Assembly: GCA_963695225.1 (NCBI GenBank)
Contig: OY968762.1
Coordinates: 416,001-480,000 of the forward strand
Length of the DNA: 64,000 bases
DNA from: Vulcanimicrobiota bacterium
GTDB lineage: Bacteria > Vulcanimicrobiota > Vulcanimicrobiia > Vulcanimicrobiales > Vulcanimicrobiaceae
Reading direction: 5' to 3'
Shown: piece by piece, positions 14,894 through 23,180 of the stretch
Numbering within the stretch: the first letter of the stretch is position 1
Layout: each line of letters starts with the position of its first letter
The notes under the pieces: generated by a model
Databases searched by the model: none
Seen by the model: the letters and a program-made list of their open reading frames with translations, nothing else
What the model was told of the DNA's origin: nothing
Program-made: the position numbers and the translations under genes

Positions 14894-15426
14894 GCCCCCA
14901 CCTTGCGTAACGCCAAGGCGGCAGGTTCGAAGGATGGATCGATGTGCAGCGCCGCGTGCCAATAGCGTCGCGCCGCGGCAACGTCGCCGGCGCGAAGTGC
15001 GGCGCGCCCCGCAAAATGCAGCAGGCGCGGATCGCGCTCGAGTTCCGCGGCACGCGCGAAGTCGGCGCGTGCCGCCCCGAATTCGCCCGCGGCCTGCAAG
15101 CAGAGCGCACGGTCCGCGAGCAGTCGCGCGTCCCTGGGGGAACGGCGGAGCGCCTCGTCGGCAACGCGGACCCCCGCAGCCAGCGCCTGCGGCGTACGGA
15201 GTTGGAAAGCGGTGAACGCATACCGATCCGCCGCGACGGGCGAGGTGCGGTCCCACCAGACCGCCCGTTCGTAGTACTTCTCGGCACGGACGGTTTGGCC
15301 GGTTTGCAGGAACGAGTCGCCGCGCGTCACGAGCGCCTCGGCAACTCGGCCGTGAAAGATCGCCGCGCCGAGCGCTATGGCCGTGAAAGCCAGGCCGAAG
15401 CGGCGAGGGAGCGGGATCTCGATCAT
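14890..15426 (-). CDS. Membrane-anchored TPR repeat protein
   Basis: Start MIEIPLPRR, N-terminal TM, then TPR-like helices (A..YYERA, A...F.RA, A..YW..AL.IDP). Confidence 0.7.
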   Translation of the reverse strand: MIEIPLPRRFGLAFTAIALGAAIFHGRVAEALVTRGDSFLQTGQTVRAEKYYERAVWWDRTSPVAADRYAFTAFQLRTPQALAAGVRVADEALRRSPRDARLLADRALCLQAAGEFGAARADFARAAELERDPRLLHFAGRAALRAGDVAAARRYWHAALHIDPSFEPAALALRKVGA

Positions 15427-16049
15427 GCGAGGCACCAGTAGTACCCCCCGAGCGCGAGCAGAATCGCGTTCCCGACGATCGACGCGGCTTGACCGAGCGC
15501 GAGCGGGCGCAAGCGGAGCGCGAACGAGCGGAGCCCTAGGGCGAGCAGCGCCGGCGGAAGGCCGTGGCCGAGTCCATAGACGGCCAAGAGGAGCGTCGCG
15601 CGCTCCGGGGCGCCGGATGCGGCCGCCCACGTTCCGATTGCGGCGACGAGCGGGGTGCAGCAGGGCGAAAGCGTGAGTGCGGAGGACGCGCCGAGCAGGA
15701 AGATCGCGCCGGGAGACGTCGCGCCTCTAGCCTCGCCCTTGTGCCCCTCGCACGCCGGCCCCCGCGCCCGAATGAGCCCCGCCGTTCCGGCCAGCGTGAA
15801 GGCCAGCGCGAGGAACGCATACGTCCACGAACTGAGCTGGACGAACCGCGCCATGGAGCCGATCGCGTAACCGAGGCCGGCGTATGCGCAGATCGACCCG
15901 CCAAGAAACACGGCGACGATCCGGCGCGCGTGCTTCGGGTCCGTCGCGGCGCATGCGACCGAGGCGGCGAACCGCGTTCCCCAGCACGGCCCCGCGCCGC
16001 CCGAGAGCCCCGCGGCGAAGACGAGCGCGAGGGCGGATGGCGCGTTCAT
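15423..16049 (-). CDS. CcdA/DsbD-type transmembrane protein
   Basis: Six TM segments with two Pro-Cys motifs (GPCW, SPCCTP) and LAVYGLGHGLP. Confidence 0.75.
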   Translation of the reverse strand: MNAPSALALVFAAGLSGGAGPCWGTRFAASVACAATDPKHARRIVAVFLGGSICAYAGLGYAIGSMARFVQLSSWTYAFLALAFTLAGTAGLIRARGPACEGHKGEARGATSPGAIFLLGASSALTLSPCCTPLVAAIGTWAAASGAPERATLLLAVYGLGHGLPPALLALGLRSFALRLRPLALGQAASIVGNAILLALGGYYWCLA

Positions 16050-16507
16050 TTCGCCGTCAGGCCTTGCGTCGAGTCATAGACGATCGAGGTCAAGCCGGGT
16101 CCGTTCCCGGGTATGTTGCTCATCGCGGCCGGATCGTGGCCGCCGGGGCACGTGATCGTGTACCCGGTCCCGTCGGCATTCGGCGCGAACGTGTACGCGC
16201 CGTTCGCGTTCGCAGGATCGACCGGTTTCTGCGTGAGGTATCTGCCGGGCGCGGCCTTCGATCCGAAGCTTCGGTCGACGACGCCCGCCTCCGGGTATTT
16301 CAGCGAATCGGTGTACGCGAGTTCGGCGGCCGTCGCGATCGAACGCAAATTCGCTTGGCACGCGGAGACCGCCGCTTGGGCCCGGGCGTGGAAGAAGTTC
16401 GGGACGAGAATGCCGGCGATGATCGCGATGATGGCGACGACGATCATCAGTTCGAGAAGCGTGAAACCGGCTTCGTTGGAAGGGCGGCGTCGCTCGGCGT
16501 CGCTCAT
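16046..16507 (-). CDS. Type IV pilin
   Basis: Class III signal EAG|FTLLELMIVVAIIAIIAGILVP with E5; two Cys residues. Confidence 0.92.
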   Translation of the reverse strand: MSDAERRRPSNEAGFTLLELMIVVAIIAIIAGILVPNFFHARAQAAVSACQANLRSIATAAELAYTDSLKYPEAGVVDRSFGSKAAPGRYLTQKPVDPANANGAYTFAPNADGTGYTITCPGGHDPAAMSNIPGNGPGLTSIVYDSTQGLTAK

Positions 16508-16542
16508 CGGAATCTCCGCGAAAGGGAATGCGCCGTGAAAAC

Positions 16543-17229
16543 TTAGGCCACGCCGGCGACGTGCGCGCGCATGCGTGAAAGGGCTCGCTGTTGGAGACGC
16601 GAGATCTGTCGCGTCGAAAGGCCCAGGTGTGCCGCGATCTCGGCCTGCGTCAACTCGAAGACGTAATGCGAAACGACGATGAAGCGCTCCGTCGGCGTGA
16701 GCACGGAGAGCGCTTGCTCGACGACGAGGCGATCCGCCACGCCCAAGTCGGCACGCCCAGCGAGCGCGCCGGCGTCGTACGGCTCGCGGAATGCGGCGTG
16801 CTCGATGCTCGCCGGGTTCGAAGCCCAACGGGCGAGCCGCGCCGCGCTGACGACTGCGGCCGGAGCTCCGATCGCGCGCGCGATCTCGTCGTCGCTCGGC
16901 ACGCGACCCGATTGTGCGGCGAGCCGTTCGAATGCCTCGGCGCAATGGTGCTCGAGCTTTCGGATGCTGCGCGGGATGCGCACGAGGTGCTCGTGGTCGC
17001 GAACGTAGTGCATGAGTTCGCCGACGATGAGAATCCAGGCGTACGCCTCGAACGGCGTCTTCGACGTGCGCTCGTAACGCCGGCTCGCTTTGAGCAGGCC
17101 GATCGCGGCTACTTGTTCGAGATCGGAGCGCTCGAGGCCCGAGCGCAGAAACTTCCGCGCTCCGCGTCGGCACAGATAGTGGTAGCTCGAGACCCAGGAG
17201 TCGGTTTGGCCGAAATCATGCGCTATCAA
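16543..17229 (-). CDS. Sigma-70 family RNA polymerase sigma factor, SigB/SigF/SigG type
   Basis: DLEQVAAIGLLKA..RY...F.AYA...I.GELMHYVRD..VRIPRS (region 2) and TQAEIAAHLGLSTRQISRL (region 4); TTG start overlaps the pilC stop. Confidence 0.88.
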   Translation of the reverse strand: MIAHDFGQTDSWVSSYHYLCRRGARKFLRSGLERSDLEQVAAIGLLKASRRYERTSKTPFEAYAWILIVGELMHYVRDHEHLVRIPRSIRKLEHHCAEAFERLAAQSGRVPSDDEIARAIGAPAAVVSAARLARWASNPASIEHAAFREPYDAGALAGRADLGVADRLVVEQALSVLTPTERFIVVSHYVFELTQAEIAAHLGLSTRQISRLQQRALSRMRAHVAGVA

Positions 17230-18443
17230 TGGATTTGCCCGATCGCACCGTAGAGAGGGATAAAGATGGCTGCTGCAATCGTCCCGACGAACGCGCCGAT
17301 GACGACGATCGAGATTGGTTCGAGCGTTGCGCCGAGCGTCGCGAGGCCGGCATCGGTATCGACGTCGTAGTACTCGGCAATCTTCAGGAACATCGCGTCG
17401 AGCGTTCCGCTCTCTTCCCCGACGCGTACGAGTCCGACGGTGAATGGATCGAACAGGCCGCACGCCTGCATCCGATGCGCGACCGTCTCGCCGTCCCGCA
17501 GCGACGCGCGCACGTCGAGGAGCGCTCGTTCGTAGAGTCGGCTCCCGCTGACCGGTGCTGCGATTTCGAACGCGCGCAGAATGTCGACGCCCGAGCGAAG
17601 GAGCGCGCCGAGCATGCGCGCGATGCGCGCGACGACGGCTCCGCGCCGGAGCGGACCGACGATCGGCAAGCGCAGGAGCAGCCGTTCGAAGGCGGGTTCC
17701 CGGAGCCGTCCGGCGTAGCGGAACGCGCCCAACGCGACGAGCGCCGCGACGCCTGCGGCGGCGGGCGGGACGAGCGGGTTCGCCAGGAACTGCCCGGCCG
17801 CGATCAATAGGCGCGTCGGAGCCGGGAGATCGACGCCGAGTTGGGCGAACAACGCGCTGAACGTGGGGACGACCGTTCCGACGAGAAACAGCACGAGCCC
17901 GAAGGCCGCGGCTAGGACGATCGCCGGGTAGGCGAACGCGGCCGTCATCTTCTTGCGCACCGCTCGCTCGCGTTCGAGCAATGTGGAGAGCCGCTCCAGC
18001 ACCGCATCCAACATGCCGCCGGTCTCGCCCGCTTCGATCATCGCGACGTGCAGCGCCGCGAAGTCGCGCGGCCTCGTGCGCATCGCGGCGGCGAGCGAGC
18101 GCCCCGCCTCGACCTCGGCGTTCACGGCGCGCAAGGCTTCCGCGAGCCTCCGGTCCGCGCACTGCTCGATCGCGATTCCGAGCGCGCGCTGGATCGGCAT
18201 CCCCGCTTGCAACAGCGTCGCGAACGAGCGGAAGAAGGCGGCGACCGGTTCGCGGTTCGCGGCGCCCGCGGCGAACCGCTCCGTCCGCGCGCGCAGGGAG
18301 TTCGCTTCGCCGATCCAGGTGACGAAGAGCGCGCGCGCGCGGAGGTGCGCCACGACGGCGTCGCGCGAATCGGCGGACATGGCGCCCGCGACCGCTCCCC
18401 CCTCGACGTTTCGCGCGCGATAGTGATACGTGCCGGCGCTCAT
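17226..18443 (-). CDS. pilC: Type IV pilus platform protein PilC (GspF family)
   Basis: YHYRA, AGETGGMLD, AFAYP, VGEESGTLD, LEP motifs. Confidence 0.93.
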   Translation of the reverse strand: MSAGTYHYRARNVEGGAVAGAMSADSRDAVVAHLRARALFVTWIGEANSLRARTERFAAGAANREPVAAFFRSFATLLQAGMPIQRALGIAIEQCADRRLAEALRAVNAEVEAGRSLAAAMRTRPRDFAALHVAMIEAGETGGMLDAVLERLSTLLERERAVRKKMTAAFAYPAIVLAAAFGLVLFLVGTVVPTFSALFAQLGVDLPAPTRLLIAAGQFLANPLVPPAAAGVAALVALGAFRYAGRLREPAFERLLLRLPIVGPLRRGAVVARIARMLGALLRSGVDILRAFEIAAPVSGSRLYERALLDVRASLRDGETVAHRMQACGLFDPFTVGLVRVGEESGTLDAMFLKIAEYYDVDTDAGLATLGATLEPISIVVIGAFVGTIAAAIFIPLYGAIGQIH

Positions 18444-19522
18444 GCGGTGACTCCGGCTAACGTTCGGATGTCGTCTGGACGCATGGCGCTCGCGCGCGCG
18501 GTCTCGAGCGCGATCTCGCCGCGCACGACGAGCTCCGTGAGGTGGGCTTCGAGCGTCTGCATGCCGGCATTGCGGCCGGTGACGATCGCATTGCGAAGCT
18601 GGTGCGTCCTGCCCTCGCGGATCAACGAGCGGACGGCGTCGTTCGCGAGGAGGATCTCGACGGCGGCCCGGCGTCCGCCGAGCTCCCGCGGGAGCAGGCG
18701 CAGCGACGCGATGCCGACGAGCGCTTGCGCGAGGACGTTGCGCGCTTCGTGTTGCGCGGCGGGCTCGAACGCGTCGATGATGCGGTCGACGCTCGATGAG
18801 GCATCTCCGGTGTGCAGCGTCGAGAGCACGAGATGCCCCGTTTCGGCGGCGCCGAGGGCGGCGCGGATCACGGCGGCGTCGCGCAGTTCGCCGATCGCGA
18901 TCACGTCCGGGTTCGCGCGCAACGCGCTGCGAATCGCGCTCGGGTAGTCGAAGAAGTCGCGTCCGAGCTCGCGGTGGGCGATCGAGGAGCGCACGGCTCT
19001 ATGCCGGTATTCGACGGGATCCTCGAGCGTCACGATGTGCCGGGCGGCGGTCCGGTTGATGCGGTCGATCAACGCCGCAAGCGCCGTGCTCTTCCCGCTT
19101 CCGGTCGGGCCGACGAACAGCGCGAGCCCGGCGCGCCGCTCGGCGAACGTTTGGAGCATGAGCGGGAGCCCGAGGCCTTCGAGTGTGGGGATCTCCCGGC
19201 TGAGCGCGCGGAGCGCGAGCCGCACGCGCCCCCCGGCCCGGAACGCGTGGACGCGGAACGTGCCGAGTTCGTCGTCGTGGATGACGCCGTCGGCGTCGCC
19301 GAGAGCGCGCAGGCGTTCGATGTCCGTTTCGCCGAGCAGAGCCGCCGCAATGCACTCGAGCTCGCCGTCGTCGAGCGCCGGGGAGTCGAGCCGCAACAGT
19401 GTGCCGTCGATTCGGAGCGCCGGAGGCTCGCCGCCCGCGAGGTGCAGGTCGGAAGCCTCCCGCGCGCGCGCCGCGCGCATCAAGTCGCGCAGCCGGATCT
19501 CCGAAAGCGCCGCATTCACCAT
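18440..19522 (-). CDS. pilT: Pilus retraction ATPase PilT
   Basis: ASDLHL, Walker A GPTGSGKST, TLEDPVEY, AAETGHLVLSTLHT and AVRSLIRE (AIRNLIRE-like). Confidence 0.92.
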   Translation of the reverse strand: MVNAALSEIRLRDLMRAARAREASDLHLAGGEPPALRIDGTLLRLDSPALDDGELECIAAALLGETDIERLRALGDADGVIHDDELGTFRVHAFRAGGRVRLALRALSREIPTLEGLGLPLMLQTFAERRAGLALFVGPTGSGKSTALAALIDRINRTAARHIVTLEDPVEYRHRAVRSSIAHRELGRDFFDYPSAIRSALRANPDVIAIGELRDAAVIRAALGAAETGHLVLSTLHTGDASSSVDRIIDAFEPAAQHEARNVLAQALVGIASLRLLPRELGGRRAAVEILLANDAVRSLIREGRTHQLRNAIVTGRNAGMQTLEAHLTELVVRGEIALETARASAMRPDDIRTLAGVTA

Positions 19523-20994
19523 GCGAACGACTCCACCGGAGCGACGCGCGCCAGCTCGGAGAGCGAGGTGAGGCCCTCGCGGCATTTCGCCACGGCGTCA
19601 TCCGCCATCGGACGGTACCCTTGCTTGCGCGCGAGGTGCGAGATCGTCACGCTCGATGCTCCGCCGGCGACGGCGTCGCGAAGCGTCTCGTCGATCGCAA
19701 AGAACTCGAAGATCCCGGTGCGTCCGGCGTAGCCCGTCCCGGCGCAGCGCTCGCAACCGCGTGCATCGAAGTAGATGCGCTCGCGCTCGGCACGGAGGCA
19801 GAGCGCCGTCTGGGCGTCGAGCGCGACGGGCTCCTTGCACGCCGGGCACAAACGGCGGATGAGGCGTTGCGCCAGCACCGCGCTCAAGCCGGCGGCGAGC
19901 GCGGCGCGGCCGAGGCCCAGCTCCTCGAGCCGGTCGATCGCGCGCGGCGCGTCGGCGCTGTGCAACGTCGCGAGGACCATTCTCCCGCTCAAGGCCGCGT
20001 GCAGTGCCGTCTTCGCCGTCTCGGCGTCGCGCATTTCGCCGACCATGATCACGTCGGGATCCTGCCGCAGCATCGCGCGCAGGATCGAGGAAAACGACGC
20101 GCCGGCTTTCGCGTTGACCTGCACTTGCGTCGCGCCGGCGATCGTCTGCTCGACCGGGTCTTCCACCGTGCAAATGTTCCGCGAGGCCGCATCGAGATGC
20201 GCGAGCGAGGCATAGAGGCTCGTCGTCTTCCCGCTCCCGGTCGGTCCGCACACGACGATGAATCCGGCCGGACGCGAGACGGCCTCGCAGAAGCGGGTCA
20301 CGAGCTCCCCCGAGAATCCAAGCTCGTCGAGGGCCGGAAGGCGCGCGTGCCGATCGAGCAAGCGAACGACGAGCTTTTCGCCTTCGATGGCGGGCATCGA
20401 GGAGACGCGCGCGTCGATCGTGTGGCCGGCGATGGTGACGCTGTATCGGCCGTCCTGCGGCCGGCGGCGCTCGGCGATGTCCATGCCGGCGAGAACCTTG
20501 ATGCGCGAAACGATCGCGCTCGAGAGCGGACTCTCCAGCCTATCGATCTCGCGCAAGACGCCGTCGATGCGAAACCGGATTCGCGCACCGTTGCACTGCG
20601 GCTCGATGTGGATGTCGGAGCTGCGCAGCACGAACGCCCGGTCGTGCAGATCGTCGACGGCGCGCACTGCAGGGGCGTCGCCCGGCGCGCTACGCGGCGC
20701 AGGCTCCTGCGCGTGCGTCCCCCAAACGCGGCCGAGCGCGAGTGCGATGCGATCGGGTCGCGCGCGCAGCGGAACGACCCGCAGTGCGGTCGAGCGTTCG
20801 ATGCGCGCGAGCGCGATTTCGCTCGGCGCCGCGCCGAACGCGACCAACAAGCGATCGCCGTCGCACCGCACTGCGAGCGCGCCGAACTCTTGCGCGATGC
20901 CTTGCGGAATCATGCGCGCAATCGAGGGCGCGACGTCCGATAGATCGACGACGTCCGCAAGAGGAGTGAGATCCGACGATTTCAGCGCGTTCAT
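19516..20994 (-). CDS. pilB: Pilus assembly ATPase PilB (GspE family)
   Basis: SDIHIEP, DIAERRRPQDGR, GPTGSGKTT, LRQDPDVIMVGEMRD and Zn motif CPAC...CERC. Confidence 0.93.
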   Translation of the reverse strand: MNALKSSDLTPLADVVDLSDVAPSIARMIPQGIAQEFGALAVRCDGDRLLVAFGAAPSEIALARIERSTALRVVPLRARPDRIALALGRVWGTHAQEPAPRSAPGDAPAVRAVDDLHDRAFVLRSSDIHIEPQCNGARIRFRIDGVLREIDRLESPLSSAIVSRIKVLAGMDIAERRRPQDGRYSVTIAGHTIDARVSSMPAIEGEKLVVRLLDRHARLPALDELGFSGELVTRFCEAVSRPAGFIVVCGPTGSGKTTSLYASLAHLDAASRNICTVEDPVEQTIAGATQVQVNAKAGASFSSILRAMLRQDPDVIMVGEMRDAETAKTALHAALSGRMVLATLHSADAPRAIDRLEELGLGRAALAAGLSAVLAQRLIRRLCPACKEPVALDAQTALCLRAERERIYFDARGCERCAGTGYAGRTGIFEFFAIDETLRDAVAGGASSVTISHLARKQGYRPMADDAVAKCREGLTSLSELARVAPVESFAW

Positions 20995-21143
20995 GCCTCG
21001 ACCACGTGAGGATCATGCGTGTTGAATGTTGCCGCGTTTGGAACGCGGTGTTGCGATGGCGTTGCGGCTGTCGGACCGTACGCGCTTGTTGGAACAAAGC
21101 GATTTCGAGTTCCTGCAACTTTACTGAGGCATTACGGCCCAAT

Positions 21144-21161
21144 CGAACGTGTCGGACAACT
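21144..21161. repeat. 18-bp direct repeat copy 1 (CGAACnTGTCGGACAACT), candidate operator
   Basis: 17/18 identical to 22431-22448; core TGTC-G-GACA dyad. Confidence 0.6.
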
Positions 21162-21237
21162 TGCCGCAGCCGATGCAGTGAAATAGCGAACGCGCCGGTT
21201 AGGCGCGCCGAAGATTTTCTGCGTCAGTCGCCGGACG

Positions 21238-22236
21238 TTATGTCAGCAGGTCGCTTCCCGTGTAGCGGCGCGCGCTCGCCTTCAACTCGAGCAAGATCGC
21301 GCGCTTCGGCTTTGCCCATTCGGGTTCGTCGGCGTACATGATGACGCCGGAAGGGCTTCTCCAAAACGCAAAGCGCTCGTCGAAAACGACGAGACTATCG
21401 AAGCCTTTGAGCGCGCGGCGGCTATCGGCGAAGTCCTGACGGCTACCGGGTATGACCCACAGCTCGGTCTTGCGCGAGGGATCGTCGAGGAGCTCCGCGA
21501 GGTTCTGCAAGCAACCGCGCATCGTCTGCGGATCGACCCTGACGTACTCGCGAGTGCACGCCGCGATGCGCGCGAGATCGTCTTCGAAGATCAGATGCTT
21601 GAACGTCCACGTGCGGCGGCCGCGACCGGCTTTGAAGTGCCGGATCGATTCCGCACCGATCTTGTCGTAAACCTCGCGAACTTTGGCGGCAACGGCCTTC
21701 GGCGCGCAGATCGCTTCCGCCGAAAAGATCTCCGCGTGATGGAGCTTCATGAACCGCTCGGTTTCGAGACTGCACGGAAGGCACTCGCCCCACCCCAACA
21801 GCTCCCCTTCGGTTTTCGCGGCCTCGTCTTTGAGAATGTCTTGAAAGCCGAGCGTGTGCTCCGCGCCCGACGTTGGATCGAGCGTCTGCAGGCCGGATGA
21901 GCCCAGCAAGTTTGCCACCGTCGTTTCGAGGATCATTGCAAAAAGAAAGAGTTCCGGAAGGGACATCTGCTTGGGTGCGCTTGGGTTGTCGTTGAGCAGC
22001 CTGCTGAGCTTCGTTTCATCCCAATCGCGGAGCGCTCTGAGCCGCTCGGGCGATGTTAGGTCGGCCACCTCCATTCTCAGCTTGGCGTAGCGTGAAAGGA
22101 TGTCGTTGTAAGAACGACCAGATCGTTCGATCCCAGCACGCATCCGCCGGCCGACGACTTTCGCGACGATCCATGTGTGCCACGCTTCGCTCTCGGCGGC
22201 AAGGTGACGCACACTTAAACGAGTACCGGCATCCAC
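21238..22236 (-). CDS. Putative XRE-family transcriptional regulator with DUF5753-like C-terminal domain
   Basis: GTG start with GAAGGGAG SD and an upstream TATACT; HTH-like KLSRLLND...SLPELFLFA..LETTVANLLG; LPCSLETERF resembles the PGLLQT motif. Confidence 0.55.
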   Translation of the reverse strand: MDAGTRLSVRHLAAESEAWHTWIVAKVVGRRMRAGIERSGRSYNDILSRYAKLRMEVADLTSPERLRALRDWDETKLSRLLNDNPSAPKQMSLPELFLFAMILETTVANLLGSSGLQTLDPTSGAEHTLGFQDILKDEAAKTEGELLGWGECLPCSLETERFMKLHHAEIFSAEAICAPKAVAAKVREVYDKIGAESIRHFKAGRGRRTWTFKHLIFEDDLARIAACTREYVRVDPQTMRGCLQNLAELLDDPSRKTELWVIPGSRQDFADSRRALKGFDSLVVFDERFAFWRSPSGVIMYADEPEWAKPKRAILLELKASARRYTGSDLLT

Positions 22237-22300
22237 GGTCCGACTCCCTTCGATCCCGTCCTCGTGGGATTGAGTATAGGGAAGACCCCCTCTTGCGAAG

Positions 22301-22316
22301 TTGCAGATTTCTGCAA
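22301..22316. promoter_or_regulatory. Palindrome TTGCAGA-TT-TCTGCAA upstream of the XRE-like gene
   Basis: Perfect 7-bp inverted repeat next to the predicted promoter. Confidence 0.45.
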
Positions 22317-22430
22317 TTTGTGATTCGCGTGCCATGCGGCAAAGCCCCGTGGAACAGGCGTTCCCGCGCGTCTTCCACGATTTCCGGTAGGCCGTTTGGT
22401 CCGACCGCCGGCACGTATGGGCAATCGCCG

Positions 22431-22448
22431 CGAACTTGTCGGACAACT
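22431..22448. repeat. 18-bp direct repeat copy 2, candidate operator
   Basis: CGAACTTGTCGGACAACT containing the TTGTC-G-GACAA palindrome. Confidence 0.6.
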
Positions 22449-22490
22449 CTGGACGGCGCACATCGCGCGCGCCCGGGAATTGCGATTGTC

Positions 22491-23180
22491 ATGGCGACCG
22501 CACGAGTGCTCATCGCGGAGGATGACGCGTCGATTCGCGCTCTCATCGTGCATCACTTGAAGCGCGAAGGCCTCGTCGCGCTCGAGGCCGCCGACGGCGC
22601 GTCCGCGCTGCGGAGCGCGCGGAGCGGCGTCGAGGCGGTGATCTTGGACATCGGCCTGCCGGGGATCGACGGCTTGGAGGTGCTCCGCGCGCTCCGCCGG
22701 GAGGGACGAAACGTCCCCGTGCTGTTGCTGACAGCGCGGTGCGATGAAGTAGATCGGATTATCGGTTTCGAACTCGGCGCGGACGACTACATCGTCAAAC
22801 CGTTCTTCGCGCGCGAAGTGCTGGCGCGCGTTCGTTCGATTCTCCGGCGCGCCGGAACGCAGACGGATTCGGGGCCGTCGCGGCTTCGGTTCGGCCGTTT
22901 GGAGATCGACGAAGCGGCGCGGGAGGCGCGCGCCGACGGGATAGACCTCGGCCTGAAGCCGCGCGAGTTCGCGCTGCTGCTCGCGCTCGCGCAGCAGCCC
23001 GGCGTCGCGTTTTCGCGCGAAGCTCTCTTGCAGCGCGTTTGGGGCTTCGATTTCGACGGAGACGAGCGGACGGTCGACGTCCACGTGCGGCGCCTGCGGA
23101 TGCGCATCGAAGAGCAAGGCCGCGTCGGCCGCTGCCTCCATACGGTTCACGGCTATGGATACAAGTTCAGTCCGACCTGA
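22491..23180 (+). CDS. OmpR/PhoB family response regulator
   Basis: VLIAEDD, LDIGLPGIDG, GADDYIVKPF, RTVDVHVRRLR, TVHGYGY. Confidence 0.95.
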   Translation: MATARVLIAEDDASIRALIVHHLKREGLVALEAADGASALRSARSGVEAVILDIGLPGIDGLEVLRALRREGRNVPVLLLTARCDEVDRIIGFELGADDYIVKPFFAREVLARVRSILRRAGTQTDSGPSRLRFGRLEIDEAAREARADGIDLGLKPREFALLLALAQQPGVAFSREALLQRVWGFDFDGDERTVDVHVRRLRMRIEEQGRVGRCLHTVHGYGYKFSPT

